From Eledone cirrhosa (taxonomy: Eukaryota): DNA of 64,000 nt. Position 1 is the first letter of the stretch; the number at the start of each line of letters is the position of its first letter. The DNA lies in contig OZ024751.1 in assembly GCA_964016885.1 (NCBI GenBank), positions 10,602,001-10,666,000 of the forward strand. The letters are read 5' to 3'. The notes beneath the pieces were generated by a model. That model ran no database searches. It was not told the origin of the DNA and worked only from the letters and a program-made list of their open reading frames with translations. The position numbers and the translations under genes were made by a program. Below, piece after piece: positions 24,755 to 40,868 of this stretch.

Positions 24755-27096
24755 TTTCTTTATTTGCCACAAGGGCGCACAAGAAAAGGGGACAATACAA
24801 AGACACATTCCGGGGATTTTACATACAGTCGTGTAAAAAAAATATAAAACAAACAATTATAACAATTGTGGGGGGGGACGGGGGGGGGGGGACGCCACAA
24901 ATGGGTTGTTTAATACCCCGTCGATAGAACAACCCTCAACTTCAGGAGCGTGTTGTGCAAGTGCTCCCTTCTTCCTTTTGCTCTCTTCTTTAACCTACAC
25001 GCTTATAAACAGAGAAGGCCCAATCACTCGGGCCATTTTCGCTTCATTCACCCACCTTTCAGTAAATTTACTGGGGTGCTGTGCCTCTCTCTCCACTCTG
25101 ATTATTCTTCTAAAGTGATACTTAAAGAAGGAAATCAACTGTTGTCCGGAGAGAAAGGCATCTGTCCTCAGTCCTCTCAATCTCGTCCACCATATAACCT
25201 CTTTCACCATAGCTACTGTACAGAGAAAAACCGCCTCTCTTTCGTTTTTGAAAGAGGCTGGCGGTTTGATCCTTACTATGAACCCGGCAGTAAACTAGAT
25301 TTGACCCATACGCGACAGCAGTTGTTTTGCATAGTTCCATAGGTCGCTTACGCCCGGGCAGTGTACAATTGCGTGCCAAACGGTTTCAATGTCCCGCTCG
25401 CATCTTGGACACGTCTTCTTGGAAGGATCCCTGCCGGGGCGTCCGTGCCTGTAGATCTTGTCACGAACTGGTAGAGCTCCTCGGTAGCACTGCCAGGCCA
25501 GGGACCTCTGGAAGTTGTCCATGGGTCCCGGGCGGAAAGTCCTACCAAACAGACTGGTGAGTTCGTCGTCTTCGACGCCTAGAGTCTCTTCGAGCACGTC
25601 GTCGGCCTTGTGATATAGTAACCCTCTATAGAATGTCGAAGTGGAGTCTCCACTAATTGCCGTGCCGGCTTGACAGAGGACTGTGAGCGCCTGAGCACAT
25701 TCAATGTGCCAGGCGCCCATCTTCTTCGGTCTTCGCTTGACCCTGGACTGCAACTCCGTCAGCGAGACAAGTTGCGGGAATGCCTGTCTCACAAACGGTG
25801 CCCAAACCGGTTGAGGGTCGGTGAGGAATACCTGTAGATGCCGTAGCCTCAGCGCATGGTTGCGCATCATCAGCCACGGCATACCAAGCCATCCGTTGGA
25901 AGAGTGCTGACAGCACACGGATCTCCTCACCAGTGGAGCCTGCTTCTTCCAAAAGAATCTCCTTCCAAAGGAACTGGAAGAGCATGCGTTCCATCTTGGT
26001 GAGGTGTTCACGGGGACATGGCACGACGGTCAAGCGTAGTAGATGACGGACGCTATGAAAGTGTTCGCCATCTCCCCTCGACCTTTCAAGGATAGTTTTC
26101 ACACTGCCCATTTCTGGGTGAGCGCAAATACCTTGGCCGTGACCTCATGCCAGTTTTCTCCATCTGGAGGTCTGGACCGAAGCAGACCCCGAGCAATTTC
26201 ACCGGTCCTTCCGTCCAGCGTCCGACAATGCTGTCGGACGGCAACGGTTTTCCTCTCCACGTTCGGAGTTGCAAACCGACAGACTTGTCCGGGTTCAGTT
26301 TTGCTCCTGTGAGCTTTTAATATTCCTACAGTAAGTTGCCGATCGCCCCGAATTCGGACGCTTCCGACACCATTACCGTCACGTCGTCGGCGTAAGCCAA
26401 CGCCGCTTTCCGCAGTCCCGGTTCCAACGGAATTCCCTGCAGCATCTCCAGCTTCCGTGGTAGTGGCTCTGGAATGGAGGAGAGATGGCATCCCCGTCGG
26501 ATGGAACGCGTGATTGCGAACGGCTCCGATAGGTAGCCGTTCACCTTGACCATCGAGCAGATGTTGGTGTGCATTGCGGCGATCCAGCTTCTGAAGACGG
26601 GTCCGAAACCGGCTGCCTTGAGAACCGCTTCCAAGTATCGATGGTCGACCCTATCGAACACCTTAGACTGATCTAAATTGACCAGAGCCCCACGAAAGCC
26701 GGGTTTACACCCCATCCTCTCTATGATGTATCGCATGAGGTGGAGGTTGTCCTGTATGGACTTGGTCAGGATTGCACACGTTTGCGCTTTCCCTACCAGG
26801 TTCTCAACGACAAGCACCAACCTCGTTGCCAACACCTTGGCCAAAATCTTTAACTCTGTGTTGAGCAGAGTTATGGGCCTAAAGTTGCTTAGTTCGTCCC
26901 CCTTGTTCTCGTCTTTCCTGATCAGCGTTACTACGCCCCTACCTGCAGAACTGGGAATTCACCCGTTCTGCTGCCAGTTGCAGTAGACGGTCTCGAGGAC
27001 GCCAGAGAACAAGTCCGGCATGCCTACGTAAAACTCATAGGGTAGACCATCTAGACCGGGTGATTTGCGTTTCCCGTAGCGGCCCAGAGCGTCCCG
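24755..27096 (-). mobile_element. Tx1/L1-clade non-LTR retrotransposon, 5'-truncated (RT and zf-RVT pseudogene)
   Basis: KSPGLDGLPYEFY, NFRPITLLNTELKILAKVLATRL, DQSKVFDRVDH, YADD, GWLGMP and CPRCERDIETVWHAIVHCP. Multiple frameshifts. Confidence 0.9.
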
Positions 27097-27120
27097 TAGA
27101 TAGATATGTAGATAGATACA

Positions 27121-27916
27121 TTTCTTTATTAGCCACAAGGGCACAAAAGAAGGGGACAAATACAAATGGGGAGTTTACATACAGGTATATGAAAATAAAA
27201 CCATTAATAAAATAAATAACAATTGAAATCCCCAATAGGGGTGAGGCGTTACACAGAGGTTGTACACACCCCGAAAAAATGTACAATCCTCATCTCCAGG
27301 AGCACCAAGAGTGAGTACTCCCTTCCTCTTTTTCCTCAACCTACAGGCTTATATAGAGTGAAGGCCCAACCACTCGGTCCATCTTTGCCACATTCACCCA
27401 CCTTTTATAAAATTTGCTGGGGTACAGCACCTCTCCCTCCATACTGATTCTTCTTCCAAAATGATATTTGAAAAATCGAATCAGTTGTTCGCCGGAGAAA
27501 AAGGTGTCTGACCTCAGCCCTTTTAACCTCGTCCACCATATAACCTCTTTCACCATAGCCATAACACATAGGAAAACCGCCTCTCCTTCGTTTTTGAAGG
27601 CGGGTGGCGGTTTCATCATGACAATGGACTCGGTGGTCAACCGGATTGGTCCAACCCGCGACAATAGTCGTTCTACATGGTCCCACAGGTCTGTAACGCT
27701 CGGGCAGTGTACAAATGCGTGCCCGACGGTTTTCTCGTCGCGCACGCATCTCGGACAGATCTTTTTCGAAGGGTCCCTGCCCGGGCGCCCGTGTCTGTAG
27801 AGCTTGTCTCGAACTGGTAGAGCTCCTCTGTAGCACTGCCAGTCCAGGGACTTTTGGAAGTTGTCCATCGGTCCTGGGCGGAAGGTCCTACCGAACAGAC
27901 TGGCCAGTTCGTCCTC
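27121..27916 (-). mobile_element. Second Tx1/L1 3' end (divergent subfamily)
   Basis: ORF 27341-27868 has WQCYRGALPVRDKL and CPRC..HAFVHCP. Same aataaagaaa terminus. Confidence 0.9.
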
Positions 27917-27956
27917 CAGATATATATATAGATAGATAGAGAAACAGATAGATAGA

Positions 27957-28893
27957 TTTCTTTATTAGCCACAAGGGCGCAACAAGAAAGGGGACAATAC
28001 AAAGACATGCTGGGGATTTTACATACAGTCGTGTAAAAAATATAAAAACAAACAATTTCAACAATCGAAATCCCCAATAGGGGGGAGGCGCCACAAATGG
28101 GTTGTTTAATACCCCGTCGATAGAACAACCCTCAACTCGAGGAGCGTGTTGTAAAAGTGCTCCTTTCTTCCTTTTGCTCTCTTCCTCAACCTACAGAGAA
28201 GGCCCAATCACTCGGGCCATTTTCGCTTCATTCACCCACCTTTCAGTAAATTTACTGGGGTGCAGTGCCTCTCTCTCCACCCTGATTCTCCTTCTAAAGT
28301 GATACTTAAAGAAGGGAATCAACTGTTGCCCGGAGAGAAAGGCATCTGTCCTCAGTCCTCTCAACCTCGTCCACCATATAACTTCTTTCACCATAGCCAC
28401 CGTACAGAGGAAAACCGCCTCTCTTTCGTTTTTGAAAAAGTCTGGCGGTTTGATCCTTACTATGGACTCGGCAGTCAACTGTATTTGTCCCATACGCGAC
28501 AGCAGTTGTTCTGCATAGTTCCACAGGTCGCTTACGCCCGGGCAGTGTACAATTGCGTGCAGAAATGTTTCAATGTCCTGCGCACATCTTGGACACGTCC
28601 TCTTGGAAGGATCCCTGCCAGGGCGTCCGTGCCTGTAGATCTTGTCACGAACCGGTAGAGCTCCTCGGTAGCACTGCCAGGCCAGGGACCTCTGGAAGTT
28701 GTCCATAGGTCCCGGGCGGAAAGTCCTACCAAACAGACTGGTGAGCTCATCGTCTTCGACGCCCAGAGTCTCTCCGAGCAGGTCGTCGCCCTTGTAACGT
28801 ACAATCCCTCTATAGAATGTCGAAGTGGAGTCTCCACTGATTGCTGCGCCCGCTTGCCAGAGGACTGTGAGCGCCTGAGCGCATTCAATGTGC
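27957..28893 (-). mobile_element. Third Tx1/L1 3' end
   Basis: Close paralogue of 24755-25710; ORF 28191-28706. Confidence 0.9.
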
Positions 28894-28929
<36 letters not shown>

Positions 28930-29301
28930 CTGAGAGATAGATAGATGACTGTTAGTTAATAGATATGTTGGTTGGTATATAAGTAGATAAGATAAAAATG
29001 TATGTATGTGTCTATGTAGGTATGTAGGCAGGTTGGTGTATAGGTAAGTTGGTGTGTAGGTAGGTAGGTAGGTAGGTTGGTGTGTAGGTAGGTTGGTGTA
29101 TAGGTAAGTTGGTGTATAGGTAGGTAGGTAGGTAGACATGGTGTGTTAATGTGGTCGTCACGGCTGAGTGAATGATACAATTGGTGGCAGTTGATTGGAG
29201 AGAAGACTGTTTATTGTGTGATAATGATGACTTTATAGATTGACTGATACAGGTAGATGTCAAATACATTAGACATGGTCAACTGACAGATAGAACGACT
29301 C

Positions 29302-29373
<72 letters not shown>

Positions 29374-29998
29374 GAGATAGATCGATTGATAGATAGACAG
29401 ACAGATAGAGGGTGAGAGGGATGGATAGATAGATAGAGTGAAAGATATATAGATAGATATATAGAGGGAGGGATAGATAGACAGATGGTGTGTTAGACAG
29501 GCAGATAAATAGATAGATCTATAGATAGAGTTGCGATAGACAGAGAGATAGAGAGATAAATTGATAGATATACGGTAGATAGATAGAGGGAGAGATACAC
29601 ACAGGCATGTATACACATTCATACACATACACACCAGCTCGTACAGCCATAGACAGACACAAACACAAACACATACACATACATATATATATATATGCAC
29701 AGACACGAACACATAGAGACAGACACACACACACACACGCACACAAACACACAAACATGGTTGAGATTGCTTTGAGAAAACGAGCACAATGTGAGGTAGA
29801 AATAAAGAAATGAATAAATAAAATAAAGCAAACTATATAATAGCTTACAACTTTATCAAATATTTCATAAGATTTCGAGGCTAGAGACCCCTTTTCAAAA
29901 GATAACTGACAGTTGAGTGCAAACTGTTATCTTTTTAATTGTTTATTTTATTTCACCAAGCTTTCCCCAAACAATCGTAACCACATATTACACACTAC

Positions 29999-30056
<58 letters not shown>

Positions 30057-30089
30057 GAGTTAAACAAAATTCAATGAGTACATCAAAGA

Positions 30090-30151
<62 letters not shown>

Positions 30152-30411
30152 TAAAGAGTTAAACAAGATTCAATGAGTACACCAAAGAATGAGTTTTACA
30201 GTAGATTGGAAGCACTCTACAAAAAAATAATTTTCCAGAGTTATTAATATTAAAATACGTTTTTCTTACTCACACATTCTCTATTGAATTTATTACGTTT
30301 TCGCATTTTCTCATTATTAGGGTATAAATGTTGTGTTTTCTCTTAGGTTAATCACTACCTTGATTAAATCTTAACCATTTTACATTTCAGGGTATGTCAT
30401 GTATCATTATA

Positions 30412-30462
30412 TTTTGTCTGATGAGGACGTACTGTTGTACCTCCGAAATATGTATAATAAAA
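30412..30462 (+). ncRNA. Type I hammerhead motif (family C)
   Basis: UUUUGU-CUGAUGA-GGA..UCC-GAAA-UAUGUA-UA-AUAAAA. Confidence 0.7.
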
Positions 30463-30534
30463 TTTAATTGATCAAAAGAAGATCTATTTTATTAATATTT
30501 GTATTTTAATATATCTATATATATATATATATAT

Positions 30535-30693
30535 GAAAAAGAATGACCCCGACGACAGCGCTCAAGCCGTTTCGACGGCTATTTCTGGACTCCGTCGGGG
30601 GTCATTCTTTTTCCTATTACCCACTCTACTACACTTAGTATTGAGTGCTTCGGTGCGTTATGGTCCATCTGGTTCCTTACCACAATTCCTTCG

Positions 30694-30694
<1 letters not shown>
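30535..30694. mobile_element. Family B fold-back insertion; others at 37075-37278, 40677-40866 and 42620-42814
   Basis: An antisense arm ending at ctggact is joined to a sense arm ending accacaattcctt(c/t)gtta, followed by (TA)n. Confidence 0.8.
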
Positions 30695-30760
<66 letters not shown>

Positions 30761-31400
30761 AAAGTTTTATTTAAAATTGTTGGGTTACAACAAGTAAATA
30801 TTTTATAACTGATATAAAGCACTCGACAAGTTAATATCGTATATATATATATATATCTGTTTGTGTGCATTCAAAATAAGGGGCCCACAGGACAAAGATA
30901 ATGGAAAAAACAACGGAATGACGGACAGTTCCATTTCCTCAGTCAACCTCTTGATATCACGAGGGTTTCGGTTGATTAAGGTCGATACCAATCATTCGAG
31001 TGCACATTGGGATATAATTAACAGACAGAGACCAATTATGCCTTTAGGTAAACTACACTAATATAGAGTGCTCAAGGGCTTAGACAAAGTAGGAAAATAT
31101 AGAGGTGAGAAATAGTAAAACAGTAGAGAATACACACACACACACACACACAAACACAGAAACACACACACACACATGCACGCACGCGCGCACATATATA
31201 TATATGTGATGATTTCTCCCGAATGAAACAGTTCTAGTCCTGTAGAAGCCATTTCATTTCTATATTAAATATTTATACTCTGCTATGTATTGAGTACCTT
31301 TCTTACTGTAGTTAATCCCGAGTGAACCCGGGATAAATAAATGAATATATATATATATATGCATGTATATTCAACTATATATATATATGTATATTAAATA

Positions 31401-31469
<69 letters not shown>

Positions 31470-31556
31470 ATAATAATAAAATTGAAGACTAAAATCCAAA
31501 GAGGGCTCGATAAGGAAAATATATATCAAATATATAAGAACCAATCTGTTATTTTA

Positions 31557-31620
<64 letters not shown>

Positions 31621-32615
31621 TTAAGGATACTATTTATGGTTATGTATATAATAAAACCTTATATAGTTATATATATTTTAAACCCTAAATGTGTTGAAAA
31701 GGAGGTCAAGTATGTAAAAATCACTAAATAGTTGCTCCGAAGAATCCAAACCTCGGTTTGGAGGAAACAATTGTAAGCAAATAAATGATTTAAACTGAAC
31801 TTTGATTCATGTAATTTCTATATATATATATACACACACACATATATATATATGCATCCATATATATACACAGAGACATACATGCATATAAACACACGCA
31901 TATGGTGTGCAATATATGAAAGTATTAAGCTAAGTTAATTCTACATGTGACATAGTCAGGTAAAATTGATGAAATATTCGTCTGAAGACAAATTACATTA
32001 AAATAACAAAACAAACATCTATGGTTTAGCGAAAGTGACGTTCTACCTCTCTTCCTATAAACACACACAAACATGCACACACATACACATATATACATAT
32101 GTATACATATACATATATATATATGTATACATATACATATATAGGTACATATATATATATGTATACATATACATATATAGGTACATATATGTATATGCAT
32201 ACATATATATATATATATATGTATACATATATATATATATGTATACATATATATATATTTATATGTATACATATATATATAAGTATATGTATACAAAAAT
32301 ATATATATGTATACATATATATATATATATATATATATTTATATGTACATACACACATACATATATATATAGATTATATAGATATATACACATATATATA
32401 TATAAATAATTGTTTCTACTTTAGGCACAAGGCCAGCAATTACCCAGTGCATTAATGGTACTTTATTTTATCGACCCCGTAAGGATGAAAGGCAAAGTCA
32501 ACCTCGGCGGGATTTGAACTCAGATCGTAAAGGGACGTAACTATGCTGGAAAGCATGGCGTCCGACCCTCTACTGATACTGCCAATAATACATACATATA
32601 TGTATATCTATATCC

Positions 32616-32812
<197 letters not shown>

Positions 32813-32951
32813 CATTGATAAATATGCTGGGTCCGTCAACTCCTTATTATATATATATATATATATAATGGGGGAGGAGGTGTATGTGTGTATATATATG
32901 CGCATATATAATATATCTATATATTATATATGTGTGTGTGTAAATATATAT

Positions 32952-33000
<49 letters not shown>

Positions 33001-33300
33001 TATATATATATATATATATTTATTGTTTTATCTGTTATATCTCACATTATTCAGAACTGTCAAAACCAATTTGAATTTTTTGACAACTGTCCATTGAATT
33101 TGAATGAAATGTTTTGAAATTGTTGTTGTTGTTGCTGTTGTTGTTGTTGTTGTTGTTTGTGTTGTTTGTGTGGTTTGTTGTTGTTGTTTGTGTTGTTTGT
33201 TGTTGTTGTTGTTGTTGTTGTTTGTATTGTTGTTGTTTGTTGTTGCACTTCCTGTTTGTTTCTCAGTATGTATGTTTATTGTTGCTTTCGAGTGATTGTA

Positions 33301-33359
<59 letters not shown>

Positions 33360-33754
33360 GTATGAATGAATGTCTGTGTGTGTGTATGTGAGGGAGAGAG
33401 AGAGGGTGTATGCGTGAGTGAAAAAGAGAGGGATGGAGAGAGTGAGAGGGAGAGAGAGGGTGTGTGTGTGTGAAAGAGAGACAGCGAAAGAGCGGGAGAG
33501 CGAAGGTGTGTGTGTCAGAGAGAGAGGGTGTGTGCGAGAGAGAGGGTGTGTGTGTGTGGAGACAGGGAGAGAGAGAGAGAATGAGAGAGAGAAAGTGAGA
33601 GAGAAAGAGAGAGAAGGAGAGAGTAAGATGTAGATATATAAACACAACATAAACATCTCTCTATTTCTTTGTATATATATATATATATTTATGCATGTAT
33701 ATATACATATATATAATATATAAGAACAAAAGATGGTTAAAGGAGTTCCATGTA

Positions 33755-33821
33755 TTTTATTATGCGCATTTCAAAAACAAATATCATCATGCAATAATAT
33801 TTGTGTTTTCATCAGATAAAA
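33755..33821 (-). ncRNA. Type I hammerhead motif in the PLE 3' end
   Basis: UUUUAU-CUGAUGA-AAAC..stem II..GUUUUU-GAAA-UGCGCA-UA-AUAAAA. Confidence 0.75.
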
Positions 33822-34843
33822 CAGGAGGACATGATATGAAGGTTAAAAAACACTTGTGGATAGTTCAGTTTTAAATCAACATATGAGAAGTAGTTTTAGA
33901 TTGATGTGTGATATTGGGAAAAATATTTTATTTAGAGGGGGGAGGGGGGTGGAAAGGATGAAAAAAAAGAAGGAGATGAGAGTGAAGGTGGAGAGGGAGG
34001 AGTATAGTGAGGAAGGATGAGATAGGAGGAGAGATGGGTGATAGAGAGAGAGAGATAGTTTTTATAACTGAGAAAGATATGTTGTTTTACATAGAGAGGT
34101 TGAAACCGTTGGAAGATAATGTATAAATTAAAAGAATTTGAAAATTAACGAAGAGAAAAATATGTGCGAAGAAAAAGAAGGAGTTAATATGTATTGAGAA
34201 TAATGAGTTAGATGATAGGGAGAACAGAATAATGAATTGAGGATGAATATTCTAACGTAAAAAAAAATGTATATGTTTACGAAGGATTTTTACAAGCTGA
34301 TATAGAGTAAGAATGTGTTGTATTATGTAATAATTGATTCTATGTTAGGCAAGAGTGAGAAAAGGTACAGATTAGGGGTTAGATATTAGAAGAGAAGAAA
34401 AGGAAGTGATAAATATGGGTGATGTAGAAAGAGTAAACAAGTATTATAGAATTTGAAAATTAACGAAGAGAAAAATAATGTAAAGTTAAGGTTTGTATAT
34501 TGAAGGATTTGAGAAAAATAATGTAAAGTTAAGGTTTGTATATTGAAGGATTTGATAATATGTGCGAAGAAAAAGAAAATGTTAATATGTATTGAGAATA
34601 ATGAGTTAGATGATAGGGAGAAAAGAATAATGAATTGAGGATGAATAATCTAGCGTCAAAAAAAATGTATATGTTTACGAAGGATTTTTACAAGGTGATA
34701 TAGAGTAAGAGTAATGAGTAAACAAGTATTATAGAATGTATAATAACCTTTGAAATAAGGTAGAAAGATGGGTATATTTTTAAAAGAAGTGTATATATAT
34801 GTGCCTTTGAGAAAAAGATTCTAAATTGATAAAGAATTGAATA

Positions 34844-35712
34844 TTAGCTGTATACTTTGTGAAATGTTTTATGGAATTTATGCAAGCAGATAGAAAACAA
34901 GTCAGTGCGTCTATTTATTATAGAATCTAGATTAGAGATAATGGTAAATTTTTCATTTAGACAGAGATTGCAGATTTTAGATAGAGAACTGTTCAAGTAT
35001 GGAGACGCAGAAGAAACCTTCTTCCAAAAGATGCTATATTTAATGTTTTTGTCTTTCAAGGACCATATGAGTTCTGAGAGAGCCGTGTTGGTTCTTTTAA
35101 GTTTGTATTTAAAAGACGAATGATGGTTATAAAGACGAGCTTTAAAAGAGGTGGAAGTGGAGCCAAAATAGGTGAAGGAATTGGTGTCAGTTATAACTTT
35201 ACATTCGTAAATGAAGTTTTTATCAAGACAATGGTTGTTGAGAGGACATTTATTTTTAATAGGGCAATTGCAATTGCAATTAGAGAGATTATTAATGAGT
35301 GACCTAGTGTTATCTATAGAAGGAATTGGATTGGAGAAGTTGTTTGCGATAGGAATAATAGTTTCTTGATTTAGAATGGGATTATGAACATTTAGCGAAG
35401 TTGTGTTTGACGTTGTATTTGGGTTTGTAGAAATTAGCCTAGGGTTTACAATGACGTCGGGAGTACTATTATGAAATTCAGTGTTGGAAGGAAGATATTT
35501 AGTATTTTATTGTTGTGTTTAGAGATAATGTTGGAAATGTTGGAGGATGTAGAATAAGAAAATTTTATGGTGTGTTTGTTAAATATTTTACTATAGATAT
35601 GTGAGGGAGGGAAGCATTTATTTAAGGCACTAAAGAATAATTTAGGAATATTGTTATTAATAGAGATGGAGAAAGGAGCATTATACCAGATTATGTTTTT
35701 GTATCTATCTTT
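34844..35712 (-). pseudogene. PLE RT-thumb/linker and C-terminal GIY-YIG endonuclease
   Basis: Hand translation gives RYKNIIWYNAPFS..KCFPPSHIYSKIFNKHTIKFSYS, a frameshift near 35500, then CNCPIKNKCPL (CxCx5C), FIY..YFG, FKARLYNH, ALSELIWSLK and CNLCLNEK..NRRTDLFSICLH. Confidence 0.85.
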
Positions 35713-36075
35713 TGTATCTATCTTTTGTTCTTATATATATTATGTATACTCCAGTCCTACAAACTGTAGAGTGCTTCTTATCCGATATCTGCATTGCTTT
35801 ATTGTACTACAATAAAACTCACCTCCTACATATACATATATATATGTATATATATGTAGGAGGTGAGTTTTATTGTAGTACAATAAAGCAATGCAAATAT
35901 CGGATTATACTCCTCCCCCACCATTCTCTACTCTCATCTCCTCTCCTTTCTCACCCTTTCCACCCCCCCTCACTTTTTCCCAATATCACACATCAATCTT
36001 AAATTATTTTTCATTTGTTGATTTAAAACTTCACTATTCACAAGTGTTTTTTAACCTTCATATCATGTATCCCTA

Positions 36076-36142
36076 TTTTATCTGATGAAAACGCAGATAT
36101 CATCTCATGATGATATTTGTTTTTGAAATGCGCATAATAAAA
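36076..36142 (+). ncRNA. Type I hammerhead motif in the inverted pLTR
   Basis: UUUUAU-CUGAUGA-AAACGCAGAUAUCAUC..GAUGAUAUUUGUUUUU-GAAA-UGCGCA-UA-AUAAAA. Confidence 0.75.
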
Positions 36143-36178
36143 TACTTGGAACTCTTTTAACCATCTTTTGATCTTATA

Positions 36179-36230
<52 letters not shown>

Positions 36231-36490
36231 CCAAACAGTGAGTGTGTTCTGGCAATATTATTACACAAATATGACCCTCCCCAAGTATAACAATATATAT
36301 ATAAAAACAGGGAGAAACAAGAGACGATTATACATACATACATAATACATATTTATGCATGTATATACATATATATATATATTTATGCATGTATATATAT
36401 ATATGTATGTATCTATCTATCTATCTATCTATATAATAGATAGATACATACATATATATATATACATGCATAAATATATATATATGTATA

Positions 36491-36545
<55 letters not shown>

Positions 36546-36636
36546 CTATAAATATATGTATATATACATATATATATATATGTATATATACATATATATA
36601 TATGTATATATACATACATATATATGTATATATATA

Positions 36637-36724
<88 letters not shown>

Positions 36725-37039
36725 TACATATATACACGAACCAGCGAACACAAAGGAAGACATGTACAGCACATAATTTAGTGAAGATGACAGCTGGGTT
36801 GATATTATTGAAGTCGTCTCAGAGATAACCTTTAAAAGTGAAGGGTTTGTGAAGTGGTTATTGTAGCTGGTCTCACCCCAAACTTACCAATACAATTCTA
36901 TATTATATGCCGGCTTCTCCTCACACGTAGTGGCTTACATGCCCGACAGTAATCTACTGAACTAAAGTGACACCAAATCAGGGTAGGCAAGTACATATAT
37001 ATATATATATAAATCTAGGTATATATATATCTATATGTG

Positions 37040-37076
<37 letters not shown>

Positions 37077-37274
37077 CAAAGGAGTTGTGGTAAGGAACCA
37101 GATGGATCATAACGCACCAGAGTACTCAATACTTAGGGTAGTAGAGTGGGAAATAGGAAACAGTATGACGCCGACGGCAGAGCTCAAGCCGTTTCGACGG
37201 CTATTTCTGGACATTTGAGTCCAGAAATAGCCGTCGAAACGGCTTGAGCTCTGCCGTCGGGGTCATACCTTTTC

Positions 37275-37314
<40 letters not shown>

Positions 37315-37328
37315 TTATATATATATAT

Positions 37329-37374
<46 letters not shown>

Positions 37375-37423
37375 GAAAAGGTATGACCCCGACGGCAGAG
37401 CTCAAGCCGTTTCGACGACTATT

Positions 37424-38952
<1,529 letters not shown>

Positions 38953-38974
38953 TATATATATATATATATATATA

Positions 38975-39114
<140 letters not shown>

Positions 39115-39159
39115 CATGTATATGTATATGTGTACATATATGGGTGCATATATGTATAT

Positions 39160-39430
39160 GCGCGGAGACATAGAAATAGTCGGGCTGGACACCCGATCGC
39201 GTGGTTAAACCAGTGGGAGTGAAGGACCCCTTAGTCTTTGTCAGGGCATTCTTCTAGGAGAAGGCAACTCAGGAAACTGGGATAACTCCGATATAAAACC
39301 TGTGGCTCAGTAGTTACCGATGATGTTGATCTCTTCTTCTTTTCGGGTTATAGCTTCTGTCGCTCAGAGAGTGGGATTGGCTCAGTGCACAGTCTTTCCT
39401 CACTTTAAAAACTATCTTCACGCACAGGCA
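39160..39430 (+). repeat. Dispersed repeat resembling an RTE-type 5' region; relative at 63078-63485 (-)
   Basis: gaccccttagtctttgtcagggcattcttctaggagaa matches the reverse complement of ttctcctagaattctgccttgacaaaggctaaggggtc. Confidence 0.5.
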
Positions 39431-39508
39431 TTGCACGATAGAATTAATTAATAATTATTAATAATGGTATATCGTGCAATGGCCATACTCGATCGATAAC
39501 GAGGGGGT

Positions 39509-39570
<62 letters not shown>

Positions 39571-39648
39571 GCCAGGAAGCTCCAACCCTTAAGGTTGTCT
39601 TTTTTCAGGGTGTGTCAATATTTATTTATAAAACAAATCTGTATTGTA

Positions 39649-39710
39649 TTTTATCTGATGAAAGCGCACCATAATTTTCCTTGGTGGCCCTTGAAATATG
39701 TATAATAAAA
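39649..39710 (+). ncRNA. Type I hammerhead motif (family C, weak stem II)
   Basis: UUUUAU-CUGAUGA-AAG..CUU-GAAA-UAUGUA-UA-AUAAAA. Confidence 0.6.
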
Positions 39711-40118
39711 TAAATATGGTTTTATAAATATAGTTTCCATTTGTTAATATATTGTATATTTACTCCACTAACCTGTTGAGTGCTTTATATTAGTTATAAA
39801 AATGTTTAAGCTTGTTGAATCCCAACAAATTAAATATAACCTCTGCATATATATATTTATATATATATATACACACACACATATATGTTTATATATAATA
39901 TCTATATATTTATAGTATAAGTATATGCATATGTATGTGTGTATATATGTATGTATTTATACATATATCTATGCATCTTTCCATATCCATGCATATATAT
40001 GTAAGCATATATAGAAATGTATAACACGCACACACACACACATACATACACACACACAACAAACACACAAACATACATACATATATCTATTCCTATTGTT
40101 GTACCCCGTATATATATG

Positions 40119-40584
<466 letters not shown>

Positions 40585-40868
40585 ATATCATAACTTGTGT
40601 GTTACACCTCTATTCTTTTAAATATTGTCTGTGTCTATATATATATATATGTACACACACACACATATATATATATGAAAAAGTATGACCCCGACGGCAG
40701 AGCTCAAGCCGTTTCGACAGCTATTTCTGGACTGAAATAGCCGTCGAAACGGCTTGAGCTCTGCCGTCGGGGTTATACCTTTTCCTATTACCCACTCTAC
40801 TACCCTAAGTATTGAGTACTCTGGTGCGTTATGGTCCATCTGGTTCCTTACCACAATTCCTTTGTTAT

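Larger units (their letters stand above)
33717..36180 (-). mobile_element. 5'-truncated Penelope-like element (Hydra-clade-like) with inverted terminal pLTR copy, in (TA)n
   Basis: The 3' end at 33717-33960 is repeated in inverted orientation at 35920-36180. Both ends carry HHRs and a GIY-YIG remnant lies inside. Confidence 0.85.

Noticed and set aside
29850-31240. Degenerate HHR-like motifs at about 29860-29905 (-), 30955-31000 (-) and 31207-31240 (+)
   Set aside because: The core is incomplete or mutated. They are probably decayed PLE ends but cannot be supported individually.
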